NCBI GenBank assembly: GCA_963803435.1
Contig: CAWDML010000008.1
Coordinates: forward strand, 512,001 to 576,000
Reading direction: 5' to 3'
Length of the DNA: 64,000 bases
DNA from: an uncultured delta proteobacterium
Lineage (GTDB): Bacteria > Myxococcota > Kuafuiibacteriia > Kuafuiibacteriales > Kuafuiibacteriaceae
The notes beneath the pieces are model-generated. The model had not been told where the DNA came from, did no database searches, and saw only the letters and a program-made list of their open reading frames with translations. Every line of letters starts with the position of its first letter. Position 1 is the first letter of the stretch. The translations under genes and the position numbers were made by a program. Below, piece by piece: positions 1-9,398 of this stretch.

Positions 1-1954
1 ATGGCGAGCCTCTGCGAAGCGGCGCTCGGCCTCGTCGAGCCAATCACAGTCGGCGTCGAGCGCAGCCGCGCCGCCGAGGATCAGCGCACCGACATGCCGG
101 ACATCTGCGTGCGCGAGTCGGGCGAGCGACGTCCGGTACAGCTCGAACGCGAGCGCGTGGTCGCCGCGCTCGTGCGCGAGACCCGCGTGATAGCCCAGGT
201 ACATGCCCTCGAACGCGACGTCCTGCGTCGTCTCGAACGCCGCCACCGCCTCGCGGTAGAGGCGCTCCGCGGTCCGATGATCGCCGTCCGCCTGCGCCAG
301 CTGCGCCAGGTTCCCGAGGGCGAGCCCCTCCGAGCCGCGATCGCCGAGCGCCCGGAACATCACCAGCGCCCGCTCGTCGGCGATGCGTGCAGGTCCGGTG
401 CGACCGAGCTCTCCGAGCAGCAGTCCGTGGCACGCGTGCACCTGAGCCTCGATCCTCGGGTGCTCGGTCCCCTCGATCTGCGCGAGCGCGCGCTCGGTCA
501 GCGCGAGCCCTTCCTCATACCGGCCGCGCTGGCGCATTCGCACCCCCAGCAGCAGGAGCGCCTCCGCCTCGACGGCCCGCGCTCCGGCCGTCCGTGCCAG
601 CTCGACCGCGGCTTCGAAGTCAGCGATCGCCGCCTCGGCCAGGCCGCGAATGCCGAGGAGCCGCCCGCGCGCGGTGAGGAGCGAGGCTCTGAGCTCCGGA
701 TCCGCCGCTCGCTCGATCGCGTGATCGAAGAGCTGCAGCCGCTCGGGAGGCGCCCGCTCCAGCATCACCGGCTCGAGGGCCCGCACCGCCTCGGGCGCGC
801 GGAACCGCCGTACCACCGCGAGCAGGTTCTCCTTCTCGCGCGCAAGCCAGGCGCGCGCCTCCGGATCACCGGTGCGGACGTACGTGCTCAGCACCGGCCG
901 GGCCGCGTCGAGATACGCGCGTCGATGACGGTCTTCGAGCTCGGGCTCCAGCCCCGACTCGCGCAGCCGCTCGGCCGCGAACTCCCGGATGCTCACGAGC
1001 ATCCGGAAGCGGATTGCGGCGCCCCGATCCCGTTCCGTCGCGAGGAGCGATCGAATCCGTCAGCGACTCGAGCTGCTCGAGCACGGTGGCGCCCGAGGCC
1101 GGCAGCACGCGCTCGGCCGCCTCCAGCGAGAAGCTGCCCGCGAAGACCGAACATGCCGCCAGCGCGGTCCGCTCATCGTCCTCGAGCGAGCGCCACGAGG
1201 TCTCGATCGCCGCCTCCAGCCGCGCGTGTGGATCGTCGTCGCGCTGGGGCCGTCGCGCCAAGAGCTCGAAGCGGCTGCGGTCGAGCCGAGTTCGGATCTC
1301 CGGGAGCGAGAGCACGCGCGCCCGCGCCGCCGCCAGCTCGATCGCGAGCGGCAGGCAGTCGAGCGCCTCCGCCACGCGCGCGACCTCACCGCGATCGAGC
1401 GCGCGCTCGGCGAGTCGCCCGCGGGCGGCTGCCGCCCGATCCTCGAACAGCTCGACGGCCTCCTCGATCCCGAGCGGCCCCACGTCGATGACGACCTCGC
1501 CCTCGATCTGCGTGCGGGCGCGCGACGTGATCACCACGCGGAGCTCCGGCGCCCGCGCACACCAGCCTGCGACCTCCCCGCGAACGTCGGGGCCCACCTG
1601 CTCGAAGTTGTCGAGGATCAGGAGCGCCGTGCCGCAGGCGGCCAGCAGCTCGGGCACACGTTCGGCCTGCACGCGCCGCGGGCCGAACGCGCGGGCCAGC
1701 GTCTCCAGCAGATCAGCGCTGTCGGCGGCGTGCGTCAGATCGAGGGCGAAGATGCCTCCGCTCCAACGGCCGGCGGCGGCCTCCAGCTCGGCGAACCGCA
1801 CCGCGAGCCGTGTCTTTCCCGACCCGGGCGGCCCCACCAGCACGATCATCCGATCCCCGGCAGCGATCGCGCAGCCGAGGGCGTCGAGCACCGCGGTTCG
1901 GCCGATGAAGCGCGTCAGCGCCGCCCCGCCCACCCGCTGGATCGGCACCCCCAT
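1..1954 (-). CDS. STAND/NB-ARC-like ATPase with TPR-like C-terminus (3' end beyond window; frameshift at ~1055)
   Basis: Walker A GPPGSGKT, Walker B LLILDNFEQV, VVITSR and LDCLPLAIELAAAR motifs. Removing one base at GAATC (1053-1057) restores ...LTDRSLLATERDRGAAIRFRMLVSIREFAAERL in a frame that continues towards the window edge. Confidence 0.85.
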
Positions 1955-2048
1955 TCTCAGAGGCACCATAGGGAGCCGGATCCGGCTCCGCCACGGCCGA
2001 TCGGCGGGCTGCCGGAAAGGATTTCGCCCGACGGCCGTACCACGCTCG

Positions 2049-2774
2049 GTGAAGCTGTCCCTCCCGATCTGCGCCGCCCTCACCCTCCTGACGGCCTGCA
2101 AAGAAAACCCCCAGCCCGTACCCGTCGCGCCGCTCCAGGCCGCCCCGCGCGACGACATCGCGAGCGCCCTCGGCAAGGTCCTCACCGAGAAGCCGGAGAG
2201 CCTCAGCGACGCGGACAACGCCGGCGCGGTCGACGCCTCCAAGCTGCTCGGGAGGTGGGCGATCAAACATACGATCATGCGGACGAACGGCGAGACCAAC
2301 GGCCCGACCCCGCCCATCGTCCCGACGGAGTGGACCTTCGGCGCGGACGGAAGCCTCACCGTCACCGGCGGGATGAGGATCGACGCTCGCTATGTGTACA
2401 CCGGCGGCACGCTGCTCATCGCCGGCGTGGGCCCGAAGCAGACGTATTCGGTCGACGCCCTCTCCGACACGGAGCTGACGCTGACCGCCCAGATCGTGGC
2501 GGGGGTGCGCGAGGCTGCTGGACACATCGCATGCCTCGCCCCGTCCAGCTCGAGCTCCCTGGTGTTCGCCACTCCGAGAACTGGGGCGGCAAGCGAAGGG
2601 GCGCGGGGAGGAAGCGCACCGCGGGTTCCGGCGTCTCCCGGAAGCGTCGCGGCTTCGAGAACCTCCGCCTCGTCCACGACTCGATCCAGTCCAACCACCT
2701 CCACCTCATCGCCGAGGGCACGCACCTCAGCCGCGGTCTCCACAGTCTCGCCATCCGCATCGCGCGCGCCGTGA
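2049..2774 (+). CDS. Lipoprotein with lipocalin-like beta domain; 3' end runs into the transposase remnant
   Basis: GTG start, lipobox LLTAC, LLGRWAI...EWTFGADGSLTV...YSVDALSDTELTL pattern. Sequence after ~2530 looks like read-through. Confidence 0.6.
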   Translation: MKLSLPICAALTLLTACKENPQPVPVAPLQAAPRDDIASALGKVLTEKPESLSDADNAGAVDASKLLGRWAIKHTIMRTNGETNGPTPPIVPTEWTFGADGSLTVTGGMRIDARYVYTGGTLLIAGVGPKQTYSVDALSDTELTLTAQIVAGVREAAGHIACLAPSSSSSLVFATPRTGAASEGARGGSAPRVPASPGSVAASRTSASSTTRSSPTTSTSSPRARTSAAVSTVSPSASRAP

Positions 2775-3060
2775 ACCGTGCGCTCAACAGAAAGCGCGGT
2801 AAGGTCTTCAGCGACCGCTACCATGCCCATATCCTCAAGACGCCGACGGAGGTGAACAACGCCATCGTCTACGTCCTCCAGAACTACCGAAAGCACAAAG
2901 CAGAAGCCGGCCGCCCCGTCTCCGATCGCTTCATCAATCCCTGCTCCTCGGCGCGCTACCCGCACACTCTCCCCCTCCCCAGACCTGGCTGCTCACGGAA
3001 GGCTTCCTCAAAGCCGGCCCCCTCAACCTCACGATCACCCCCGGCCGCACACGCCCGCGC
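2531..3060 (+). mobile_element. Degenerate HUH (Y1) transposase, RAYT/IS200-like
   Basis: WGGKRRGAGRK N-terminus, HUH motif SNHLHL, VFSDRYHAHIL, YVLQNYRKH. The usual segment before the HUH appears deleted, and the ...PQTWLL... tail is in a different frame near 2980. Confidence 0.75.
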
Positions 3061-3386
3061 CGTTGAGGCGCCCGCCCTCACGCGGGTACTGCGGCTTCGC
3101 CCCGCCGACGCCGGCGACGGTGGAGAAAGAACGCGAGGCGATGCGGTCACCGGAGCCCCGGCCTCCCTTCGAGCGAGCTCGCCTCCGGAGCCCCATCCTC
3201 AGCCGCTCGCGCGGCACGGTCATCGCCGCGCGCCCGAGCGGACCCGATCCCCACCCGTCAGTGCCAAAAGCAGCAAACGAACGCGCGCACCACCCGACGA
3301 AGTGTGCACGTCCCCCGCCGCTCACCTTCGCTCTGAACGCTCAGGGTCGTGTTCTGCCATCTCGGGATTCGAGTCGGGCCCCGACC

Positions 3387-4160
3387 CTACGAGGCGCCCT
3401 TGGGCCCGAGACGTCGGCCGTGCTCGGAGAGAAATGCCGGATTCATGAGCCGGAGGCGCTTCAGACGAAACGCAAAGGCGGTGCCGAAAACACCGAATCC
3501 GTACTTGACGCTACGGCCGAAGCTGATTGAGGACGACTCGGGCTCGTAGCGCGTCGGACAGGTCACCTCTGCGACTCGAAATCCGAAGTGGAGCGCCTGC
3601 ACCAGCATCTGGTTGTCGAACACGAAGTCGTCGCTGTTTTCCTCCAGCGGGAGGGTGGTGAGAACGCGGCGTGAAAACGCGCGGTATCCCGTGTGGTACT
3701 CGGACATCTTCGCGTTGACCAGGAGGTTCTCGGCGAAGGTCAGCGCACGATTCGACACGTACTTGTACAGCGGCATCCCGCCTGCCAGGGCACCGTTGCC
3801 GAGGATCCTCGAACCCAGCGCGACATCGTAGAGCTTCGAGGCGATGCAGTGTCCGAGCACGGGGATGAGCCGCGGCGTGTATTGGTAGTCTGGGTGAAGC
3901 ATGATGACGATGTCGGCGCCCAGGCGGAGAGCTTCGCGGTAGCACGACTTCTGATTGGCCCCGTAACCTCGGTTCGTCTCGTGTTGCAGGACGCGGAGCC
4001 CTAGCCGGTTCGCCAGGGCAACGGTTTGATCTCGGGACGCGTCATCGACGATCACGATCTCGTCGACGATGGACATCGGCACTTCGGCAACCGTCCGTTC
4101 CAAGGTCCTCTGGGCATTGTATGCGGGCATGACGACGCAGATTCGCTGCCCGTCGATCAC
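3387..4160 (-). CDS. GT2 glycosyltransferase, polyprenol-phosphate sugar synthase (DPM1-like)
   Basis: VVMPAYNA, IVIVDDASRD, NRGYGANQK, HPDYQY, EYHTGYRAF, DDFVFDNQ. Confidence 0.9.
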   Translation of the reverse strand: MIDGQRICVVMPAYNAQRTLERTVAEVPMSIVDEIVIVDDASRDQTVALANRLGLRVLQHETNRGYGANQKSCYREALRLGADIVIMLHPDYQYTPRLIPVLGHCIASKLYDVALGSRILGNGALAGGMPLYKYVSNRALTFAENLLVNAKMSEYHTGYRAFSRRVLTTLPLEENSDDFVFDNQMLVQALHFGFRVAEVTCPTRYEPESSSISFGRSVKYGFGVFGTAFAFRLKRLRLMNPAFLSEHGRRLGPKGAS

Positions 4161-4236
4161 CGCGCAAGCCTTCAGCCTAAACTCGGCGAAGTCAACTGGT
4201 TGACGTGGCTGCGGATGTCTGGATACGAGGAGGTCG

Positions 4237-5565
4237 ATGCGACGCCCGCGCTGGGCCAGCTATCTCCCGGAGGCTCTGTTGATAGCGATGGGACTGCTGA
4301 TACGCGCCTCCTTCCTTGGCAATACGGATGCGTCCTCCACATACGACTATCTCGATCACGTTCGATACCTCGAGTGGTTTCAGACGCACCTCGCTCCGGC
4401 GCCCCTCTCGCTCAGCCGCACCTCCTACGGAGCCCCGCTCTACTACCTCCTCGGCGGTCTGGCTCTGAGATGCGGCGCCTCGCTGAAGGCTGTTGCCGAC
4501 GCCTCGATCGTCTGTGGCGGCCTTCGCCTGGTCGTGATCGCCGTCGGTCTCGAGCAGTTCCTTCCCAGCGATCGCATCGCTCGGCGCTCAGCTCTTCTGC
4601 TGGCCGCGGTGCTCCCGGCGGCAGTCCACATCGATGGGATGATCAACCCCGAGTCTCTCCACATGCTGCTCGCTTCCAGCGCCTTGCTCCCGTGGGCGGC
4701 GTTCCGGCGTGATGGGCGAACCGGATTGAAGGCGGGAGTCCTCTCCGGCACGCTGATCGGGCTCGCGCTTTGGACCAAGATCTCGTCGCTCGTCCTGCTC
4801 CCCGCCGTTGCTATCGGTGCCGCAGCCTCGAAGGTGAATGGGAGCGCAGTGAAGCCGTGGTTGGTCACGGCCACCGTTGCCGCTGCGGTCGCCTCCCCCT
4901 GGTACGTGCACACTATCAGCGAATACGGAATGCTGGCGCCGACAGCATTCGAGGCGGGAGACCGCGCTGCAATCGGCGAAGATGTCCTTCGAACACCGCT
5001 ATTTCGGAGGAGGCCGGCCTCGTTCTACTTCGGGCTCAGCGCCCCGGTCCTCGGCGTCCCTCACGCACCCGCTGCTTCAGGCAAATTCTTTCCTACTCTG
5101 CTGAGCTCGACCTTCGCCGATTACTACCTCTATAACTTTACGCCTCGTCATCAGGAGGGCTCGACCTTCGAGCTCTCACCTCATGGATGCGGCCTTTCGC
5201 GGGTTGGGGAGCTGCTCGCCGGCGTTAGCGTCGCGGCTGGAGTGCTGATCGTGTTGACCACGCTCCTCGGACTCATCGTCCTCGTTTTACGCCGTCGAGC
5301 CGAGCTGCTCGCGCTCGCCGCCCTCGGCATCGGTGCGGTGGCGGCACAGTTACTCTTCGCCCTCAAGTATCCGGTTGATCACTATGGTGTCATCAAGGGG
5401 ACCTACCTTCAATTTGCGGCCTTTCCGCTCTTCCTCGCCTACGGGATGGCTATTTCCTTCCTTTGGTCCCGCCCCGGGTGGGAGAAAGCGACCGCGATGG
5501 TCTCGATGGTAGCCGCACTGCTCGTTGCGACGTATACGATCGCCTCACGCGCGGCTCTCGTGTAG
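4237..5565 (+). CDS. Multi-pass membrane GT-C-fold glycosyltransferase-like protein (PMT/ArnT-like)
   Basis: Many TM helices, YD...H loop, PLYY motif, GLALWTK motif. Confidence 0.65.
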   Translation: MRRPRWASYLPEALLIAMGLLIRASFLGNTDASSTYDYLDHVRYLEWFQTHLAPAPLSLSRTSYGAPLYYLLGGLALRCGASLKAVADASIVCGGLRLVVIAVGLEQFLPSDRIARRSALLLAAVLPAAVHIDGMINPESLHMLLASSALLPWAAFRRDGRTGLKAGVLSGTLIGLALWTKISSLVLLPAVAIGAAASKVNGSAVKPWLVTATVAAAVASPWYVHTISEYGMLAPTAFEAGDRAAIGEDVLRTPLFRRRPASFYFGLSAPVLGVPHAPAASGKFFPTLLSSTFADYYLYNFTPRHQEGSTFELSPHGCGLSRVGELLAGVSVAAGVLIVLTTLLGLIVLVLRRRAELLALAALGIGAVAAQLLFALKYPVDHYGVIKGTYLQFAAFPLFLAYGMAISFLWSRPGWEKATAMVSMVAALLVATYTIASRAALV

Positions 5566-5571
5566 CAAGAC

Positions 5572-7131
5572 ATGTGGAACCGCCGAAACGTTTTGCTCGG
5601 CGTCGCGACGCTGCTTTTTCTGCTCGGCGCCGGCATCCGCTTGACTGGACTCGAGAGCAACCCCCCGGGCCTCTGGCAAGACGAAGCTTCCACCGGTGTG
5701 GATGCACTCCTGCTTTGGACAACAGGTAAGGACCGGGCTGGGGTCAGCTTTCCAATCGCAGCACGCTCGTTCGGTGACTATCCACTCGCGCTGTATCGCT
5801 ACCTCGACGCCCTGGTCGTTGGCGCCTTCGGGCTCTCGATCGCGACCGAACGCGTCGTCGCAGCCTTATCTGGCACGCTCCTGATCGCGCTCGCCGCGCT
5901 CCTGGTACTTCGCCGATGCGATGCGAGAACCTCGCTCTGTTTTCTGTTGGTCGCAGCACTGAGCCCGACTTGGATTCAGTTCTCGCGGTACGGTTCAGAG
6001 GCGATTCTGATGCCGACGACCCTGGTGCTCGGTTGGCTTCTGATCGACACCGGTGAAGATCCGAAAAGACGATGGGCTATTTGGCTTGGCGCGGTATCGC
6101 TCGCCGCATCCGCTTATACTTATCACGCCGTCAAGCTGTTTCTTCCGCTCTGGATGATCGGTTTTCTCTATTATCGTGCTCCGCAGATCAAAGAGCTGTG
6201 GAAGACCGAGAGGCGCCATCTCATCGGTCCAGCTCTCTTATTTTTGATCCTGGTAGCTCCTTCTGTCTGGGTGGCATTCACTCCGGAGGGACAGGCGCGC
6301 GGCAACACCGTCGTCGTTTGGAAACACCACGATTCTCTCTTGGAGATCCTTTTTCTCATTGCGAATAACTATCTCTCCTACTTCGACCCGGGCATGCTCT
6401 TCGTGCGCGGTGGGCCTGCGGTGACGCAGAGCATTCCGTTCCGCGGGATCTGGAATCTGATCGAGCTCCCGCTCATGATTGTGGGCTTGATCTCGCTGGC
6501 GCGCCGCCCCGACGGCCGCTTCGCCAGCTTCGTCTTGTTCTGGTTCGTGCTCGGGCCTCTTCCCGGCGGAGTAACCAACGAGACCCAGAATATTGGCAGG
6601 GCGATCGGCTGGCTTCCCGCGCCGCAGATAATCTCGGCGTGCGGAATGGCTGCGCTGCTGGGCGGAGCCGCACGATCTGCAAAGAAGTGGCTCCGCTTCG
6701 GGCTTCCAGCGTTGATGTGCGTTTGCTGGGTTGCGACGGCCGTCGCCATCATTCATTCCGTGTGGGTCGAGTATCCGAAGATGACTCAACGCGATTGGCA
6801 GTACGAAATAACCGGAGCGATGAAGTGCGCTAAGCGCAGCCGTACGGACGAGCTCGTCGTGGTCTCACCGCACTTCCAGATGGCTTCACTCTTCGCGACG
6901 TTTCACTTCAACGACCTGCCGCCCTCCACCGATGGCCGCCCGGCTTGGCAGCTCGGCGAACGATCCCGGCTCGCACCTGGCGAGATCTATCTCTTTCCGG
7001 CGGGTCGTCCGACGCCCGTCAATGGCGATCGGATCTGCACGATCGTCCTGTCAGCCTCAGGCCGCGAAGTCTCGTACGTATACAAGGGCGCCGACGCCCC
7101 TCGCCGCGTTCCGGCGGTCGACACCGAGTGA
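5572..7131 (+). CDS. ArnT/PMT-family (GT-C) glycosyltransferase
   Basis: PPGLWQDEA loop after TM1, FSRYGSE, AYTYHA, NYLSYFDP; polytopic membrane protein. Confidence 0.8.
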   Translation: MWNRRNVLLGVATLLFLLGAGIRLTGLESNPPGLWQDEASTGVDALLLWTTGKDRAGVSFPIAARSFGDYPLALYRYLDALVVGAFGLSIATERVVAALSGTLLIALAALLVLRRCDARTSLCFLLVAALSPTWIQFSRYGSEAILMPTTLVLGWLLIDTGEDPKRRWAIWLGAVSLAASAYTYHAVKLFLPLWMIGFLYYRAPQIKELWKTERRHLIGPALLFLILVAPSVWVAFTPEGQARGNTVVVWKHHDSLLEILFLIANNYLSYFDPGMLFVRGGPAVTQSIPFRGIWNLIELPLMIVGLISLARRPDGRFASFVLFWFVLGPLPGGVTNETQNIGRAIGWLPAPQIISACGMAALLGGAARSAKKWLRFGLPALMCVCWVATAVAIIHSVWVEYPKMTQRDWQYEITGAMKCAKRSRTDELVVVSPHFQMASLFATFHFNDLPPSTDGRPAWQLGERSRLAPGEIYLFPAGRPTPVNGDRICTIVLSASGREVSYVYKGADAPRRVPAVDTE

Positions 7132-9031
7132 CGAGCTGAGCCCAGAGCAGCAACGCCAACACCAACACACCTCCGCCTCGCGGCGGCGCTTCGCTCGCGG
7201 TGCATCCACATCCCTTCTTCCGCTCCAAGCCGAAGAAGCCGGCGTCCTTGCCCACCGCGCCGTCGGGGCGGGCGGTGGCGTCGGGGCCGGCTGCGTCGAG
7301 GGTCGCGGGCGCGTCCTCGAGCTCTCCGGCGTCCTCGGGCTCTCCGGCGTCGGAGGGGAGGGCGTCGAGCTGCCCCGCGTCGGGAGAGCCCAGGCACTCG
7401 GCGGTGCAGGCGCCGAGAATGCAGGACCAGCGGGCGCCGAGGGGGCAGCCCGAGGAGAGCTCTTCGCAGTCGGGGGCGGCCTTGCAGAGGGAGAAGCGGG
7501 CCTCGTCGATGATGGTGTCGTCGAGGCGGTGGGCTTCGAAGGAGAGAGTGCGGGCGCCGGCGGTGAAGAGGTTGGCCGTGCAGGCGCGCTCAGCGTGGAG
7601 GGTGTAGCTCTCGGTGGGGGTGCGAAGGTCGTGGAGCGGGGCGCCGCTGCAGGCGGTGAGGAAGCGAATGCCGTCGACCTGGGCGTAGGTGAAGTTGTGG
7701 TTATGGCCCGCGAGCACGACGTCGACGTGGTGCTGCATCATGAGCGCTTGCCACGAGGGGCGGGTGGGGGTGGCGGCGTCGTAGAAGTCGAGGCCGTCGG
7801 TCGGGTGGTTGGCGCCCTGGTGATAGGGGCCGCGGTGGAGGAACACGACCTTCCAGCGGATGTCGGGATCGGCGTCGGCAGCGGTGAGGGTGCGCTCGAG
7901 CCAGGGGGTCTGGCTGTCGAGGATGGCGTCGCGGTCGTAGCCGTCCGTGGTTCCGGTGTAGAGGACCGTGAAGTGCACGCTGCCGTAGCGGAAGTCGTAG
8001 TGGTCGATCGCAGGAGCGTCGGGCTCGGGGAACTGGAAGACGTCCCAGAAGTAGGGGGCGTCCTCCTCGTGATTGCCCATCGCCACCATGAACGGCGCGC
8101 GTGCGAGCAGGTCCGCCATGACCCCGTAGAAGAGGCTCCAACGGGCCATCTCGGGATACATCCATCCGTTCGGTCCGTTCGCGCCCGGCTCGCTCGCCAC
8201 CATGTCGCCGACGGAGAGCACCAGGTCGGGCGCAAAGGCGCGCACGCGCTCGGCGAAGCGCATGTGATCGAGGCGCTGCGGCGTGTCGTAGAACTGCGTG
8301 TCGCCGAACATCGCGAAGCGGAATGGCGTACCGGGAGCGACGGGCGCGCGGAAGGTCTGATCGGGACCGGGCGTCCCGTCCTCGATCACGCGGTAGTGGT
8401 AGGTGGCGCCGGGCGTGAGCCCGCCGAGCTCGAAGAAGTTCCGGTGCTGCGCAGTGTGCGTGAGCATGTCGCCGTATGCGGTCGTCGGGCCCCACTCGAG
8501 CGCCACGTCGCCGCCGCCGAATGCGTCGTAGCCGACGGTGACGGCGGTCGGGCCGGTGATGGAGAGGTACGGACCACAGAACGCGACGCGCTCGTCGTCG
8601 GGGCGCACGCCAATCGGCTGGCCGGCGGGATCGAAGTCCGTGAGCGCATCGCGCCAGATGTAGACGTAGTCGTCGGCGCTCGTGGTGCCGGGCGCTAGCG
8701 TTCGGTCGGCGACCTCGCCGAAGTCGTCGCCGACGAACATCAAGCTCTTCTCGACGCCCACGCAGCTCTCTTCGTCGCAGATCGTGTGCGTGTACTTGTA
8801 GTTGAACGCCGAGGGATCGGTGGCGACGTCGAACGTCCCGGACCAGGTGTCGGGCCCGACCTGCACCAGCGGATCATGCTGATAGACGGCGGCGTCGATC
8901 CGGTTGGATCGAAGCATGACGACGTCACCCTTCGGGGTGCACCGCGGGACCTGGACGTGGAAGGAGACGGGGGCGGCGATCGCGGTCGAGGGCGCCAGCA
9001 GTAGGATCCACTGCCGGAGCATCCGGTTCAC
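7019..9031 (-). CDS. Secreted purple-acid-phosphatase-like metallophosphoesterase with N-terminal CBM20-like domain and MYXO-CTERM-type anchor
   Basis: FN3-like GLTPGATYHYRV, FAMFGDTQ, VGDMV, MGNHE, VFLHR, LAGHNH; C-terminal KKGCGC + hydrophobic helix. Confidence 0.85.
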   Translation of the reverse strand: MNRMLRQWILLLAPSTAIAAPVSFHVQVPRCTPKGDVVMLRSNRIDAAVYQHDPLVQVGPDTWSGTFDVATDPSAFNYKYTHTICDEESCVGVEKSLMFVGDDFGEVADRTLAPGTTSADDYVYIWRDALTDFDPAGQPIGVRPDDERVAFCGPYLSITGPTAVTVGYDAFGGGDVALEWGPTTAYGDMLTHTAQHRNFFELGGLTPGATYHYRVIEDGTPGPDQTFRAPVAPGTPFRFAMFGDTQFYDTPQRLDHMRFAERVRAFAPDLVLSVGDMVASEPGANGPNGWMYPEMARWSLFYGVMADLLARAPFMVAMGNHEEDAPYFWDVFQFPEPDAPAIDHYDFRYGSVHFTVLYTGTTDGYDRDAILDSQTPWLERTLTAADADPDIRWKVVFLHRGPYHQGANHPTDGLDFYDAATPTRPSWQALMMQHHVDVVLAGHNHNFTYAQVDGIRFLTACSGAPLHDLRTPTESYTLHAERACTANLFTAGARTLSFEAHRLDDTIIDEARFSLCKAAPDCEELSSGCPLGARWSCILGACTAECLGSPDAGQLDALPSDAGEPEDAGELEDAPATLDAAGPDATARPDGAVGKDAGFFGLERKKGCGCTASEAPPRGGGVLVLALLLWAQLVTRCRPPERGEGRRRPCIRTRLRGLRLTGRSCRSDRH

Positions 9032-9333
9032 CAGCTGGCTTTTTTCAGCCCTGCGATCTGTCCGGAGTTGCCGAGGTCGCGGATCGCGATCCGAGACATG
9101 GAGAACTTGCGCAGGAAGCCGCGAGAGCGGCCGGTCACCTGGCAGCGGTTCCGGATCCGGACCGGGCTGGCGTCCCGCGGAATCTTCTGCAGGCGGCGCA
9201 CGGCCTCTGCCTTCTTCTCCTCGGGCGTCCGCGGGTCACTGACGATCTTCTTGAGGGCGACCCGGGTGGCGGCGTAACGCGCCACAATCTCGCGGCGCTT
9301 CGCGTTCTTGGCGATCTTCGACTTCTTGGCCAT
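9028..9333 (-). CDS. rpsN: 30S ribosomal protein S14, zinc-independent (C-) 101-aa form
   Basis: MAKKSKIAKN...PRDASPVRIRNRCQVTGRSRG...LKKASW; has only one Cys, so no CxxC/CxxC ribbon. Confidence 0.95.
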   Translation of the reverse strand: MAKKSKIAKNAKRREIVARYAATRVALKKIVSDPRTPEEKKAEAVRRLQKIPRDASPVRIRNRCQVTGRSRGFLRKFSMSRIAIRDLGNSGQIAGLKKASW

Positions 9334-9398
9334 GGAAAAATCCCTGTCGGGACGGCCAACCAACACAGGATCACGGGCGAAAGCAATCACTATCTGGG

